A stretch of 58,860 nucleotides of DNA from Pseudomonadota bacterium (GCA_040386355.1 JAZKFP010000050.1:1-58860), one strand, 5' to 3'. Shown: positions 47,137 through 56,929, counted from the first letter of the stretch. The notes: a model not told the origin generated them from the sequence alone. Translations and numbers: made by a program.

Positions 47137-47272
47137 GGTGTACACATAGCGGGTACCCAAAGCAGAAAAAACACCTTGACTGGTACGAATAGCGACCACA
47201 AACATTCCAGAACTTAACTTTTTTTGCATCATTGGTACGAATAGCGACCTCATTGGTACACATAGCGAGTAC
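47137..47272. repeat. four iterons, consensus TGGTAC(A/G)(C/A)ATAGCG(A/G)(G/C)(T/C)AC
   Basis: Copies at 47140-47156, 47181-47197, 47233-47249 and 47254-47272. The middle two are identical (TGGTACGAATAGCGACC). Confidence 0.6.
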
Positions 47273-47333
47273 ATAAAAAACCATGTTGTCATCTTCTATC
47301 TCTCAATGTGATTTATACTTTTTAATAAAATAA

Positions 47334-47729
47334 TTATAACAATTGCCATTTCTTTGAAGGGAACTTAGTGGGTTGAACTTCAATTTTTCCTTTGCAATCA
47401 TCAATTGGCTGCCACGTTATAGCAAAAAGAGAACATCGATTTCTTCCTCCTTGTCTGGTCTGCTCAATAAAACCAAATGCTAATAACTTTTTGAGTGAAG
47501 CATTTAACGTGCCCTGAGACCTCCATTTCTTTTCACGCATCAAAGTCCAACTTGCAGAAAGATCACCATTATTGAATCCGTGATATTGAGCAGTAATATC
47601 AACTAAAAGTTTTACATCCCAACCCCTCAGTTGTAAGTAGTTCTGACTTTTATAAACAGCATGAGGTATTCCAATAAATTGACCTTTATCTTTCTTTCCT
47701 CGTGCTTTAGATCGATTAGTAGTTGGCAT
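47334..47729 (-). CDS. hypothetical basic protein, possible winged-helix DNA-binding protein
   Basis: 131-codon ORF directly upstream of the iterons. LKKLLAFGFIEQTRQGGRN resembles a wHTH recognition region. Confidence 0.45.
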   Translation of the reverse strand: MPTTNRSKARGKKDKGQFIGIPHAVYKSQNYLQLRGWDVKLLVDITAQYHGFNNGDLSASWTLMREKKWRSQGTLNASLKKLLAFGFIEQTRQGGRNRCSLFAITWQPIDDCKGKIEVQPTKFPSKKWQLL

Positions 47730-47734
47730 CTTTT

Positions 47735-48031
47735 TTACCTCACTTGAAAACCAGCTCGCACTGGCAATGCGGATGCCTTTTCAAGGGTTTTTGCGAGGGT
47801 TAATTTCGAGGATAAAATCTGAGGGTAGTCCTGTCCTATCCTATGTAAGACTTCTTGCGATATTGTCCCAATTTTTTGGGGGCGACCGTTTTGCTTTGCG
47901 ATTTGCCGTAATAAATAACAACTTCTTTCACCTTTTAAGTGATTTCTTTCAGGCCATTGATTATCTAATGGGCAAATAGGCGCCGAGCAAAAATTAAATT
48001 TCGGGCATTCGTGAGCTGTGTTATCTTTCAT
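47735..48031 (-). CDS. Cys-rich hypothetical protein
   Basis: 98-codon ORF with CPKFNFCSAPICP; tightly packed in the same operon. Confidence 0.4.
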   Translation of the reverse strand: MKDNTAHECPKFNFCSAPICPLDNQWPERNHLKGERSCYLLRQIAKQNGRPQKIGTISQEVLHRIGQDYPQILSSKLTLAKTLEKASALPVRAGFQVR

Positions 48032-48102
48032 ATGCTTTTTCTCTTGTGGAAAAGTGAGTTGCTCTTAGCGAATGCCAAAAGCAACTTTGTTGAGGGGAAG
48101 AA

Positions 48103-48462
48103 TCAATCGGTGATTAAATTTCGCGGTTCAATTGATCGATTGATTCTTTCGTTTTCGATGCCAAGCACTTCATCTGCATAGGCTTGACCTTCCGTACCAG
48201 CCCATTCAATACACTCATCCGTTAATGCATATGTCGTATACGTAGCATTGCGCTGCACAGGGTCTTTTGTATTTTTCTTTAATTCCATGGAATAAATATC
48301 CCATCGATGTCTTTTTCTTAAATAATGGATGTAAGCTGCTAACCGATAAGAGCCAATCGATAAATCAATTATGTGATGGTCTACTATTTGGCCACGCAAT
48401 AAACGCGCAACGACACGGCCAGCCAGAGAATTCTTTTTTGGATAAGAAAAATTTAAATGCAT
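48103..48462 (-). CDS. hypothetical protein
   Basis: 119-codon ORF overlapping the upstream AlpA-like gene by 10 nt. Confidence 0.4.
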   Translation of the reverse strand: MHLNFSYPKKNSLAGRVVARLLRGQIVDHHIIDLSIGSYRLAAYIHYLRKRHRWDIYSMELKKNTKDPVQRNATYTTYALTDECIEWAGTEGQAYADEVLGIENERINRSIEPRNLITD

Positions 48463-48746
48463 GTGCTTATCGCTCCCGCCTGACTAGTTGAAGTGCGGGA
48501 TTGCTGTGCAAAATATTTTTCTAACTCGGCAAGGTCATAACGAACAGCTTTGCCAAGTTTGATAAAGGGAGGGCCTTCACCACGCATACGCAGGTTTTGC
48601 CAATGACGCGGGGAAGTGTCTGTCATTTTTGCCAATCGACGTTCATCGACAAGGCGGGGGGAAGTTAAATTTGCAGAAGAAGTTAAATCATAGTGGTTCA
48701 TGGATGCACCTATTGTCATGGAAAACTCAGGTGCATCTTTTTCCAT
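48453..48746 (-). CDS. AlpA/excisionase-type HTH protein
   Basis: RRLAKMTDTSPRHWQNLRMRGEGPPFIKLGKAVRYDLAELEKYF fits the AlpA/HTH_17 pattern. The exact start is uncertain. Confidence 0.6.
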   Translation of the reverse strand: MEKDAPEFSMTIGASMNHYDLTSSANLTSPRLVDERRLAKMTDTSPRHWQNLRMRGEGPPFIKLGKAVRYDLAELEKYFAQQSRTSTSQAGAISTCI

Positions 48747-48857
48747 TTAAGCTTTAATGATTTTCTACTACGGTTTAGTGCAAGCCACTTCACCCTACTT
48801 CCCTGTCTTACAGCTACATTTGCTGAAAATTAAACATGTAATTTTAAAGGCTTTAAA

Positions 48858-49730
48858 ATGGCATCAAAAAATATTTGCAATAATTCAGACTTTAATCACG
48901 AAAAAAGATTGAAACTTTTTGCATGGTTAGCCACAATCTTGAGTTTAATAGTAATTGCTATATATATTGGTTTCTTTAATTATCATAAAATTCCCATATC
49001 CAAAGACGCATCCACCTGGGGACAACTCGGCGATTTTTTTGGTGGGATTTTAAATCCAATTTTTGGATTTACATCTTTAATTGCTTTGCTTTATTCCATC
49101 AATTTTCAAGTAAAAGAATTGAAATTGTCACGGGTGGAAGTTGCAAAGACCTCTGAAGCTTTGGTTGAACAACATAAGACAATGAAAATTCAGAATTTTG
49201 AAACAACCTTCTTCAGTTTGATTAAATCTTTTCATGACAGTAAAGAATATATAAGATTTGGCCAAAAAAATTCCGACCCAAAATTTCCATACTTTGGAAA
49301 TAATGCTTTTACAGCGCACTTTAGAAAAACATACTTTATAAATGACGTAGCATACAAAAAAATGCCAATACTAGATGCTATAAAGATATTTGAGGATGAG
49401 TTTATAACAGAAAAGAACTCGGGAAGTAATTTGAAACCTTATTTTCAGCATTTATATTTTATACTTGAATATTTACAAAAAAGTAAAATAGAAAATCAGG
49501 ATTTTTATGCAAAAATTATTTATTGCCAACTTTCACAAGAAGAGCTTTTCTTCATTTTGCTTTATTTTATATCTGAACAATCTAGCCATGAATTTAAAAG
49601 CATAATCATTCGTTATCAATTTTTAGAAAATCTTCCAGAGTTAATTCCAAACACTGATGAATTTGAGAATTACATGCAACAACATCTAAAAGAATCTATT
49701 AGAAAATTTCCTAATGTATATAATTTATAA
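48858..49730 (+). CDS. putative abortive-infection membrane protein (putAbiC-like)
   Basis: N-terminal TM helix, then WGQLGDFFGGILNPIFGFTSLIALLYSINFQVKELKLS, matching the remembered signature of the putative phage Abi family PF16872. Confidence 0.55.
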   Translation: MASKNICNNSDFNHEKRLKLFAWLATILSLIVIAIYIGFFNYHKIPISKDASTWGQLGDFFGGILNPIFGFTSLIALLYSINFQVKELKLSRVEVAKTSEALVEQHKTMKIQNFETTFFSLIKSFHDSKEYIRFGQKNSDPKFPYFGNNAFTAHFRKTYFINDVAYKKMPILDAIKIFEDEFITEKNSGSNLKPYFQHLYFILEYLQKSKIENQDFYAKIIYCQLSQEELFFILLYFISEQSSHEFKSIIIRYQFLENLPELIPNTDEFENYMQQHLKESIRKFPNVYNL

Positions 49731-50697
49731 TTCTTGTTATTCTTAAAATAACTTCAGAACGATTTAGGCTTGCATGAAATCCATCTTGTTTAATCCAGTA
49801 AAGTTTTTTTTGTTCTGGATCATATTTTTCAACAATACAAGTTCTATCATTTTGAATTAAGTCATCAAATAAAGTATTTTTATTCAAACTTACATTTTTT
49901 GATACTGTATAACGAATTGATTCTAATATGGCCTTATTTAACTCATCTGCTCGCATACGGATTTTTGAAAAGATTGTTTCATCATAAAACAATAAGTTAT
50001 TATTCTTTGCATTCTTAACAATAGGAGCCAGTGTTTTTAGATAGTCTTCTGTTTTTAAGATTTCATCTTTAAGAGCACAAAGATGTTTTTTGCAAATATT
50101 TAAGTGAGGATAAACATATAGTTGGGAATTCAAATATATAGGCTTTAACTGCTTTAAAAAAATACAGTCTGCAATTATCAACTCTTCAATGTCATAATGA
50201 AGCAACTCGAAAAAACCTCTACTTCCTTTTCTACAAGCTGCCTCAATGTCATTTTTAGCTGAAGTAGTTTCCATCTGCATTTTTGGATCGTTCAAATCTG
50301 GTAAAATTTTAAGTTTTTCAGCTTTCAGCAGAGTCATTTTCAATTTATCTAAAGAGGCATTCCAAAAATCAGTCTGATTAGAAAAATTATTTTGCATAAA
50401 TTGCAAAAAAGCCTGGTGATATTTCAAATTAGCAAAATTTTCTAAACTCATTCTTATTTGAAATTCTTCAAGCTCATATATTGGGGGGTGGTTATATTGA
50501 ATATGAAGATTCACATCATTTAATTTAACTAATAACTGTATTTTTTTATGGAGATGCAAACGTAAAATATATTCTTCAGTAAATTCTTCACCATAAGTTT
50601 GGCGCCACTTCTTAGAAAGGTCAGGCAAGGTAAGATACGGCAGCTCAGGAATAAGATTTTTTATAGGTTTTTGGCTTACTTTATCTTCATCTAACAT
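49711..50697 (-). CDS. hypothetical protein
   Basis: 328-codon ORF, no motif. Confidence 0.45.
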   Translation of the reverse strand: MLDEDKVSQKPIKNLIPELPYLTLPDLSKKWRQTYGEEFTEEYILRLHLHKKIQLLVKLNDVNLHIQYNHPPIYELEEFQIRMSLENFANLKYHQAFLQFMQNNFSNQTDFWNASLDKLKMTLLKAEKLKILPDLNDPKMQMETTSAKNDIEAACRKGSRGFFELLHYDIEELIIADCIFLKQLKPIYLNSQLYVYPHLNICKKHLCALKDEILKTEDYLKTLAPIVKNAKNNNLLFYDETIFSKIRMRADELNKAILESIRYTVSKNVSLNKNTLFDDLIQNDRTCIVEKYDPEQKKLYWIKQDGFHASLNRSEVILRITRIINYIH

Positions 50698-50830
50698 TCG
50701 TTAATTTATCCTAGTCATTCCCCAAATGACTTAATCATACCTCCAACTATTTTGATTTTAAAAGCGTTGTTAAACAAATTATTTTTGGTGTGCAATTATT
50801 CGCACACGTATTAATTTTCGCGATGTTTCA

Positions 50831-52051
50831 TCATGCTTTTATGTGCTTCTGTGTGGCGCTGAGTGCAATAACTTCCGCCGTCTCACCCAACCCCGCCAAG
50901 CCCAGTAATTTTTTTCCATGGTCTTCTAGTGCGGTGCGAACGTGGTTTTCTCCAAACCGTGCATAGACTGCTGTCGTTGATTGGCTCGAATGATTTAAGA
51001 CGCGGCCGATTAAATGCAAACTATTTCCTGATTGTGCAAGCCAACTTCCAACGGTTCTACGTAAGTCATGCAAGCGTACGTCTTCAACTTCTGCTTCTTT
51101 TCGAACACGACGCCACGGTTTATCAATATTGACGAGATGATGGCCTTCTTTTAATCCAGGGATAATATAGGGATTACCTTCTAAAATCGGTGTATTGCGT
51201 AAAACTTCGAGTGCCGCTTGACTGAGAGGAATGTAGTGCGTTCTATCGGCCTTAGTTTCAGGTATTTTTAATTCTTGCCGATGCCAATCAACATGTTGCC
51301 ATTCAGCGCGTAGAATTTCCGCTTTTCGTGCGCCGGTTAATAAGTACAACCACAAAGCTTGTTTTGCATAAAGGTTGCTTTCGTTATCAATCGCTTTGGC
51401 AAGCTTCGGTAATTCTTCTGGCGTTATCCATCGATCCCTTTTTTTCTCTTTGTACGATTCAATACCAAAAGCTGGATTTTTCATACCATCGGGTAGAAAT
51501 CCCCATTGGCTTGCAAGATTAAACATTTTAGAAATTAGTGCGACGACTCGATTGGCTTCGTAGGGATATTTCGTACCAATTTTTGAATGCAGGTGTGCCA
51601 CGTCTGAATGACGAATATTTGCAGCTTTTAGATTTCCCCATTTTGGAAGTAGATATCGGTTGATGCGTTGGGCATCGGTTTCCCAAGAACGTTTTTTTGG
51701 TTTGGCGTATCGTTCTATGTAGTGCTCGCACAACTCTTTCACGGTTTCACTTTTTCTTTTGTCTTGAATCATTTCCAATGGATCAATTCCATCTCGAATC
51801 TTAACCAGATAACGACGCGCGTCTTCTTTGGCCTTGTCGAGTGTCATAGACCCAAAGGTGCCAAGAGACATAAGTCTTTTGCGACCATTGAAGCGGTAGG
51901 AAAGAATAAAAGATTTACGCGAAGGTTTATCACCAACCTTTGGAAAGATGCGCACACCAAAACCGGAAATGACTTCGTCCCAAATTACGCAGCGGCTTTT
52001 TCCATCGCCTTGATAAATGGCAGCATCAATAACTCGTTTTGTGAGAGCCAT
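50831..52051 (-). CDS. int: tyrosine integrase, P4-type (DUF4102 arm-binding N-domain)
   Basis: ISGFGVRIFP...SFILSYRFNGRKRLMSLG N-domain, catalytic HDLRRT and HSSQSTTAVYARF. ATG at 52051. Confidence 0.9.
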   Translation of the reverse strand: MALTKRVIDAAIYQGDGKSRCVIWDEVISGFGVRIFPKVGDKPSRKSFILSYRFNGRKRLMSLGTFGSMTLDKAKEDARRYLVKIRDGIDPLEMIQDKRKSETVKELCEHYIERYAKPKKRSWETDAQRINRYLLPKWGNLKAANIRHSDVAHLHSKIGTKYPYEANRVVALISKMFNLASQWGFLPDGMKNPAFGIESYKEKKRDRWITPEELPKLAKAIDNESNLYAKQALWLYLLTGARKAEILRAEWQHVDWHRQELKIPETKADRTHYIPLSQAALEVLRNTPILEGNPYIIPGLKEGHHLVNIDKPWRRVRKEAEVEDVRLHDLRRTVGSWLAQSGNSLHLIGRVLNHSSQSTTAVYARFGENHVRTALEDHGKKLLGLAGLGETAEVIALSATQKHIKA

Positions 52052-52228
52052 ACATAACCTCAATCCTGTTTTATAAAAAGACTAAAGTGGTGACTTTCTT
52101 CTGGAGTCACCACAAAGTCACCAGGAAGGAGAGTTTATGAGGTAAAACAAGGTAAGTAAATAGTAGATAAAGTACTGTTTTTATAGGGTTTTATGAAAAT
52201 CATGATGATGCAAGAAACCAGGGTTCTG

Positions 52229-52277
52229 TGACTACGAATCATGTGGTCGGGAGTTCGAATCTCTCCAGGCGCACCAT
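52229..52277 (+). repeat. att direct repeat (partial tRNA-Arg copy)
   Basis: 49/49 identical to 45355-45403. There is no tRNA 5' half upstream. Confidence 0.9.
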
Positions 52278-52311
52278 TAAATTTTACGTTTTTTATGCTT
52301 TTCCAAATTCT

Positions 52312-52527
52312 CTAGTTTTTTTCTAGAGACTCCGGCTTGTGCGCTGCTTGTTTTTCTGTCTTATCACTTTTCACTAAATATTTTGGATCTTCTTTAGAAG
52401 CCGTTATTTTTTGACTTTTAATTTTGATATCTGAAGTAACTTTCTTAACAACTTTCCCCTGCGTTTCTCCTTGTGAAGTATTCCAAGATACTTTGTCGCC
52501 TTTTTTAAATGTTTTACCTTTGCTCAT
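52312..52527 (-). CDS. DUF2945 (Tudor-like) small protein
   Basis: MSKGKTFKKGDKVSWNTSQGETQGKVVKKVT...KYLVKSDKT matches the DUF2945 pattern; ATG at 52527. Confidence 0.65.
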   Translation of the reverse strand: MSKGKTFKKGDKVSWNTSQGETQGKVVKKVTSDIKIKSQKITASKEDPKYLVKSDKTEKQAAHKPESLEKN

Positions 52528-52651
52528 AAAAAAATCCTCATAGATTTCCCAACTGAACAACAATTTCTAGTTTTTTTATATTAGTTCTTCTGCTGGTTAG
52601 CGCACATGCAAATCTAAAAGAACTTATTTATGTTTCTTAAAAATTTACTAT

Positions 52652-53413
52652 TTATTGCAAATTAGTTGAAGATTCCCATGGTTGCAATGCAACAATCTTT
52701 AGTACTTCACCCGTTTTTTTATCCATAATTGCTGTAAGATTCTCATAGGGTGCTTTTACCGCAAGGAAACCCACTTCTACACCCATATATTTTTTTTCGA
52801 GATTTTTAATTTTATTTTTTTGCGATGGATTAAAAGAATGTAAATCAGATATTGATGCAATATGCGATTTCACTGTTTTCAATTCACTTTTATATTCCAC
52901 ATAATATTTTGGCAAAAAAGGTAAATCATCCCCGCCATTTAATGCGCTGAACATTAGTTCAGAACGCTCTTCGGGATCGTCGGGTAATTTTGCTGCAATT
53001 ATTCGGTATCCAAAAATTGGGTTTCTTTTAAATTGCTCGTTACTTACTTGCTCAAATTTTTCTGGCGTTAATTCTTTGGCTTGAACTAAATCAAATCGAT
53101 CTACATTGAATACCAAATAGGCGGGTCGACTTAGATAAACGGTATACACACCATAAAACAAAGCACTCAGTTGAATAAGTGCCACAATGCACAAATCCCA
53201 TTTCAATTCTTTCTTTTTTGGGTTGTAAATAATAAAAGTAATTAAAGGTCCAAGCGTGACATCGACAGCTAGGATAATCCAAAAAATGGTAAAGACGTTT
53301 GTGGCGCGATCTAGTGGAGGTGGATACCAAACACCAAATACTAACGCACTGAATATCAGTGCAATAATTAAACAAATACCAAGATGAATGGATGCCGCGC
53401 GAAGTCGAATCAT
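52652..53413 (-). CDS. TfpX/TfpZ-like type IV pilin accessory membrane protein
   Basis: MIRLRAASIHL...VFGVWYPPP...AVDVTLGPLITFIIYNPKK...ALIQLSALFYGVYTV...LVFNVDRFDLV matches the remembered TfpZ layout. The gene lies in the pilin locus. Confidence 0.55.
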   Translation of the reverse strand: MIRLRAASIHLGICLIIALIFSALVFGVWYPPPLDRATNVFTIFWIILAVDVTLGPLITFIIYNPKKKELKWDLCIVALIQLSALFYGVYTVYLSRPAYLVFNVDRFDLVQAKELTPEKFEQVSNEQFKRNPIFGYRIIAAKLPDDPEERSELMFSALNGGDDLPFLPKYYVEYKSELKTVKSHIASISDLHSFNPSQKNKIKNLEKKYMGVEVGFLAVKAPYENLTAIMDKKTGEVLKIVALQPWESSTNLQ

Positions 53414-53542
53414 AGTGATCTCAGAAATTGGAGAATATAATTTTGGAGAGTAGAACCACTAAAAAAGTAGTCCTACTTTCATGAGAAATCCAAGTATGAA
53501 GAGATAAAAATTAGAAGGTCGTTATAACCGACTGAAAATCAA

Positions 53543-55549
53543 TCAAAGCTGATGAATAAAATCATTTTCATCCATGCCATATACAGCCATAATCGCTTCT
53601 TGATACTCCCGTCTATTGACTCCTAATAAACGTCCAATCGTTAAAGAAAAATCTTTTAGTTCTTCAGATTTCATACACGTTAGACCAAAGCTGCTACAAA
53701 AATTTTTGTAAATGTTTTTAAGATGTTTATGCTCAGCTTCAGATTTTTGGTAAAAGCTTGCAAAGAACACGCTGAATAATACATTAAGCGATACACAATC
53801 TACATCAAGCTTGGTTAAAAACAATTCTAACGATGATGATAAAAAGTAGTTTTTTGGCATCCACAAAATCCAATCGCCAAAAATAATACATATTAGATGT
53901 TCATCAAATTTGGCTTTAAATTCTTCAAATGATTTTTTTTCTTCTTTCTGAAAATAATAAGGCTGGATAACTATTGAAGGTGCTGGCATATTATTTAAAA
54001 CTTTTAATGCCCAGCTCGAAAGATATTCTTGACCTACAATAGCGATCGTTATATTTTTATTTGATTCTGAAACATCAAATGATTTAGAATTTTTAACAAC
54101 AATTTTTTTAGTATTCTTTATTAATACATTCGGCAAGGAAGTCATATCATTCAAATTAATCTTGAGAGCTTCTGCCAAGTTAGGATCTTGAATAGATTGA
54201 TTGATTTCAAACTTTAATTTTATTTTATTTTTAGATTTTTCCTGCTGTATAGCACCAAGCATAGCAATCTCTTTAATAATCACTTTACATTGTTGCGCTC
54301 TAATTCGACTTATTTCGATTCCAGAATTATGAGCGGGAGCAGTTATCTCAGTAAATTTAAGATCACTTGGTATCAAAGATGAAGAATCAACCATCTTAGG
54401 TAATAAATTTTTCTTTACGCGCTCATCCAAATCATCTTTTACAAGATAATTCATCGTCCAAGCAGCATTTCCAAATTCAAAATGATTTCGATCAGAAAAA
54501 TCTAAATTAAATCGTTCCAACAGAATAGGTAAATTTTTTAACTCTTCCCCTTGCCAGAAAACTTGCGTTTCAAAGGCTGAATGAAACTTATCTGAGTTGG
54601 CACGAACAGAATGAAAATTTATATTTTTTGCATTATGGTTTAAAGATTTCAAACTTAATGCCGAAAAATAACCACCACAGTAAGAAATCATTGGAACAGT
54701 CGTCGATTTTTGAAAAACGTCTGACATAATAAACATTTTTTGACCGGAAACTTTTCCAAAATTTGACAAAATACGATCAAAACCTGCGCAATATTGAAAC
54801 ACATCAGAACTTTCAAAGTCATTTAGTAGATTAATCGCTTTAATATTTGAAAAGGATTGATCTTGTATTATTTTCCAGGAACCAGTTTGATTTATCCATT
54901 GACATAATTTTTTCTGATCAAATGTAGTTTCATCTTTTAAAAAAGCATCTTCTAACACAAAAATTTCAGTTTCTTTTCCATTTTTGCGAAAATAATCTTT
55001 AGGTAAACTATCAATAAAATAATTGCCAAGCAAAATAGTCATATCATCAGAGGTTGGATTAAGCTTCTTTAAATACTCATCAATTTGATTTATATCTAGC
55101 ACATGATATAAAACTTCAAACTTAGGGGTATATTTAAAATCTTTCAAACGTTCCTGAATATGCTCGACGCTTAAAGCACTTTGGTCAGTAATATAAAAAG
55201 AAACTTTAATGTCTTGAAAAATAGGTAAAAAAGCTTTCAAATATCGGATAACATTTTCACTCAACCGACCATGACCTGAACCAAGTTCAATAATACGAAT
55301 GTGCGAGCCTTCGATTAAAAGATTATTATTTTTTAAGTCTATAACAGCGGCTGCAATTAATTTTGCGTATTTTTGACCCACACTATAATTTGAAGAAATG
55401 GCATTCGGAGTAACATGTTTGTCGAATGTCTCAATACCTTTAGCTTGGTAGTAGGTATTACTAATGGACCAGATTTTAGATTGCGAGAAAGGTACGAGTG
55501 ACTGTGTGTTTTCTGTAAGTTCGACATCAGATTTAGATAATGAAACCAT
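53543..55549 (-). CDS. large hypothetical protein with an N-terminal class I SAM-methyltransferase-like motif
   Basis: IRIIELGSGHGRLS (GxGxG SAM-binding loop type). The remaining ~450 aa are unassigned. ATG at 55549. Confidence 0.45.
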   Translation of the reverse strand: MVSLSKSDVELTENTQSLVPFSQSKIWSISNTYYQAKGIETFDKHVTPNAISSNYSVGQKYAKLIAAAVIDLKNNNLLIEGSHIRIIELGSGHGRLSENVIRYLKAFLPIFQDIKVSFYITDQSALSVEHIQERLKDFKYTPKFEVLYHVLDINQIDEYLKKLNPTSDDMTILLGNYFIDSLPKDYFRKNGKETEIFVLEDAFLKDETTFDQKKLCQWINQTGSWKIIQDQSFSNIKAINLLNDFESSDVFQYCAGFDRILSNFGKVSGQKMFIMSDVFQKSTTVPMISYCGGYFSALSLKSLNHNAKNINFHSVRANSDKFHSAFETQVFWQGEELKNLPILLERFNLDFSDRNHFEFGNAAWTMNYLVKDDLDERVKKNLLPKMVDSSSLIPSDLKFTEITAPAHNSGIEISRIRAQQCKVIIKEIAMLGAIQQEKSKNKIKLKFEINQSIQDPNLAEALKINLNDMTSLPNVLIKNTKKIVVKNSKSFDVSESNKNITIAIVGQEYLSSWALKVLNNMPAPSIVIQPYYFQKEEKKSFEEFKAKFDEHLICIIFGDWILWMPKNYFLSSSLELFLTKLDVDCVSLNVLFSVFFASFYQKSEAEHKHLKNIYKNFCSSFGLTCMKSEELKDFSLTIGRLLGVNRREYQEAIMAVYGMDENDFIHQL

Positions 55550-55691
55550 TGGATTGCCCTGCTGCAACAAATAAGGATGACGGTTAGAATCGCAGGGCTA
55601 AAACTTTCTATCTAGGATGAAATAGCGGTGTTACGTAGTGAAGCGTTATTTAATTTTTCAACGTGTTGTTACTATCCGTTTTTCTTAAACA

Positions 55692-56174
55692 TTAAACCCG
55701 GCAGTTAGCAGGACGAAATTGGCTTTCAACAGTTCCCGATGTGCAATTCCAATTAATTTGTGTGCCAGGCAATAGTGTGGATAAATCTGCTGGAACAGGC
55801 GAAATTAAAACCGTGTTTTCACCGTCGGGTAATACAGATGTTTTATAAGTAATAGTTATTAATCCAGCATCGTCACTCGTTATTGAATCCACATTTAAAT
55901 TTTCACTTAATTCTGAAGTATTCATTAGAGTCGCACTGATGGCGTTACAGCTTGCTAAATCATCGCATCGCATACTACCAGGCCCACGCGCCTGAAATGT
56001 TTCAACAATCGCAAGCTTTAATGCACCTGACATAATTAAACCTTCGGATACTTTTGCTCGAATTGTATATTCCTGATAAGTGGGCATTGCGGCTGCAGCC
56101 AGAACTCCAATAATTGCTACTACTATCATTAATTCAATTATCGTAAAACCTTTTTGGACTAGTGGCTCAATCAT
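55692..56174 (-). CDS. type IV pilin (second paralog)
   Basis: Prepilin leader MIEPLVQKG|[20 protein letters not shown]; C-terminal disulfide loop C...C. Confidence 0.85.
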   Translation of the reverse strand: MIEPLVQKGFTIIELMIVVAIIGVLAAAAMPTYQEYTIRAKVSEGLIMSGALKLAIVETFQARGPGSMRCDDLASCNAISATLMNTSELSENLNVDSITSDDAGLITITYKTSVLPDGENTVLISPVPADLSTLLPGTQINWNCTSGTVESQFRPANCRV

Positions 56175-56315
56175 AAAAAAATTCCTTTAAAGTTTTTTAG
56201 AATTTTCCATGGGACAGCAAATAAAAACCTTCCTATTTGAAGAATAATCGTTAATAAAAAAACTCATGAGAGGTAAGTCACATTGGTACAAGATTAATTA
56301 TCAAACCACAAGATA

Positions 56316-56348
56316 TAAAAAAACCCGTGTAACTTACATTACACGGGT
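56316..56348 (-). terminator. rho-independent terminator after the major pilin gene
   Basis: ACCCGTGTA-N8-TACACGGGT stem followed by T7 on the minus strand, 20 nt after the stop. Confidence 0.8.
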
Positions 56349-56367
56349 TGGTATTATTAATTAATTA

Positions 56368-56838
56368 TTATGTGCGGCAAGAAGCTGGACGAAATTTTTG
56401 CTCAACTGTTCCTGTATTGCAAGTCCAGTTAACTTGTGAGCCGGCACTCGCTGCTGCATTTAAAGCTACGCTTGGGACTAAAAGAACTGTGTTTGCTGTT
56501 GATGGTACAACACTAGCGTTATAAGAAATTGTAACTGTACCTGCATCTGACACAACAATTGTATCAACATTTCGAGTAGCAGCCATTTGTGAAATACCCA
56601 ATGTTTGACATGCAGCGGTCATTGGTGAACATGTCATTGTAGATGGACCTCTGCTTTGAAATGTTTCAATTAATGCCGTTTTAACTGCCGCGCTTAATAC
56701 TAAACCTTCAGATACTTTTGCACGAATGGTGTAATCCGAATACGCAGGAATAGCAACTGCAGCCAAAATACCAATAATTGCAACCACGATCATTAATTCG
56801 ATTAATGTGAAACCTTTTTGGATTTGTTTCATTTTCAT
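56368..56838 (-). CDS. pilA: type IV major pilin
   Basis: MKMKQIQKG|[24 protein letters not shown]; GAGGAA-N6-ATG at 56838; C-terminal Cys pair. Confidence 0.9.
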   Translation of the reverse strand: MKMKQIQKGFTLIELMIVVAIIGILAAVAIPAYSDYTIRAKVSEGLVLSAAVKTALIETFQSRGPSTMTCSPMTAACQTLGISQMAATRNVDTIVVSDAGTVTISYNASVVPSTANTVLLVPSVALNAAASAGSQVNWTCNTGTVEQKFRPASCRT

Positions 56839-56913
56839 AATAAATTCCTCAAATAACTTCAGGGGGGTCTTTGGGGTGAAACTGTGCACATGCACGAACT
56901 CAAGGTAAGTAAT

Positions 56914-56929
56914 AGCAAAGCGCGAGCCA
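56914..56929 (-). promoter_or_regulatory. sigma54 (-24/-12) promoter for pilA
   Basis: The minus strand reads TGGCTC-GCGCT-TTGCT, fitting TGGCAC-N5-TTGCW, about 75 nt upstream of the ATG. Confidence 0.65.

Larger units (their letters stand above)
45355..52277. mobile_element. 6.9-kb integrated phage-satellite-like island (PICI/P4-like minimal element)
   Basis: Perfect 49-bp direct repeats of the tRNA-Arg 3' part at both ends. Contains a P4-type integrase, an AlpA-like gene, iterons and a lone terminase small subunit, with no capsid, tail or large terminase genes. Confidence 0.7.

Noticed and set aside
47104-47292. 62-codon minus-strand ORF
   Set aside because: It consists almost entirely of the iteron repeats, and its translation is repetitive and hydrophobic nonsense. 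The region is better explained as a DNA-level repeat region.
56175-56367. A sigma54 promoter for the second pilin (AGGTTTTTATTTGCT on the minus strand)
   Set aside because: The GG-to-GC spacing is one base short of the -24/-12 consensus, so it is not called.
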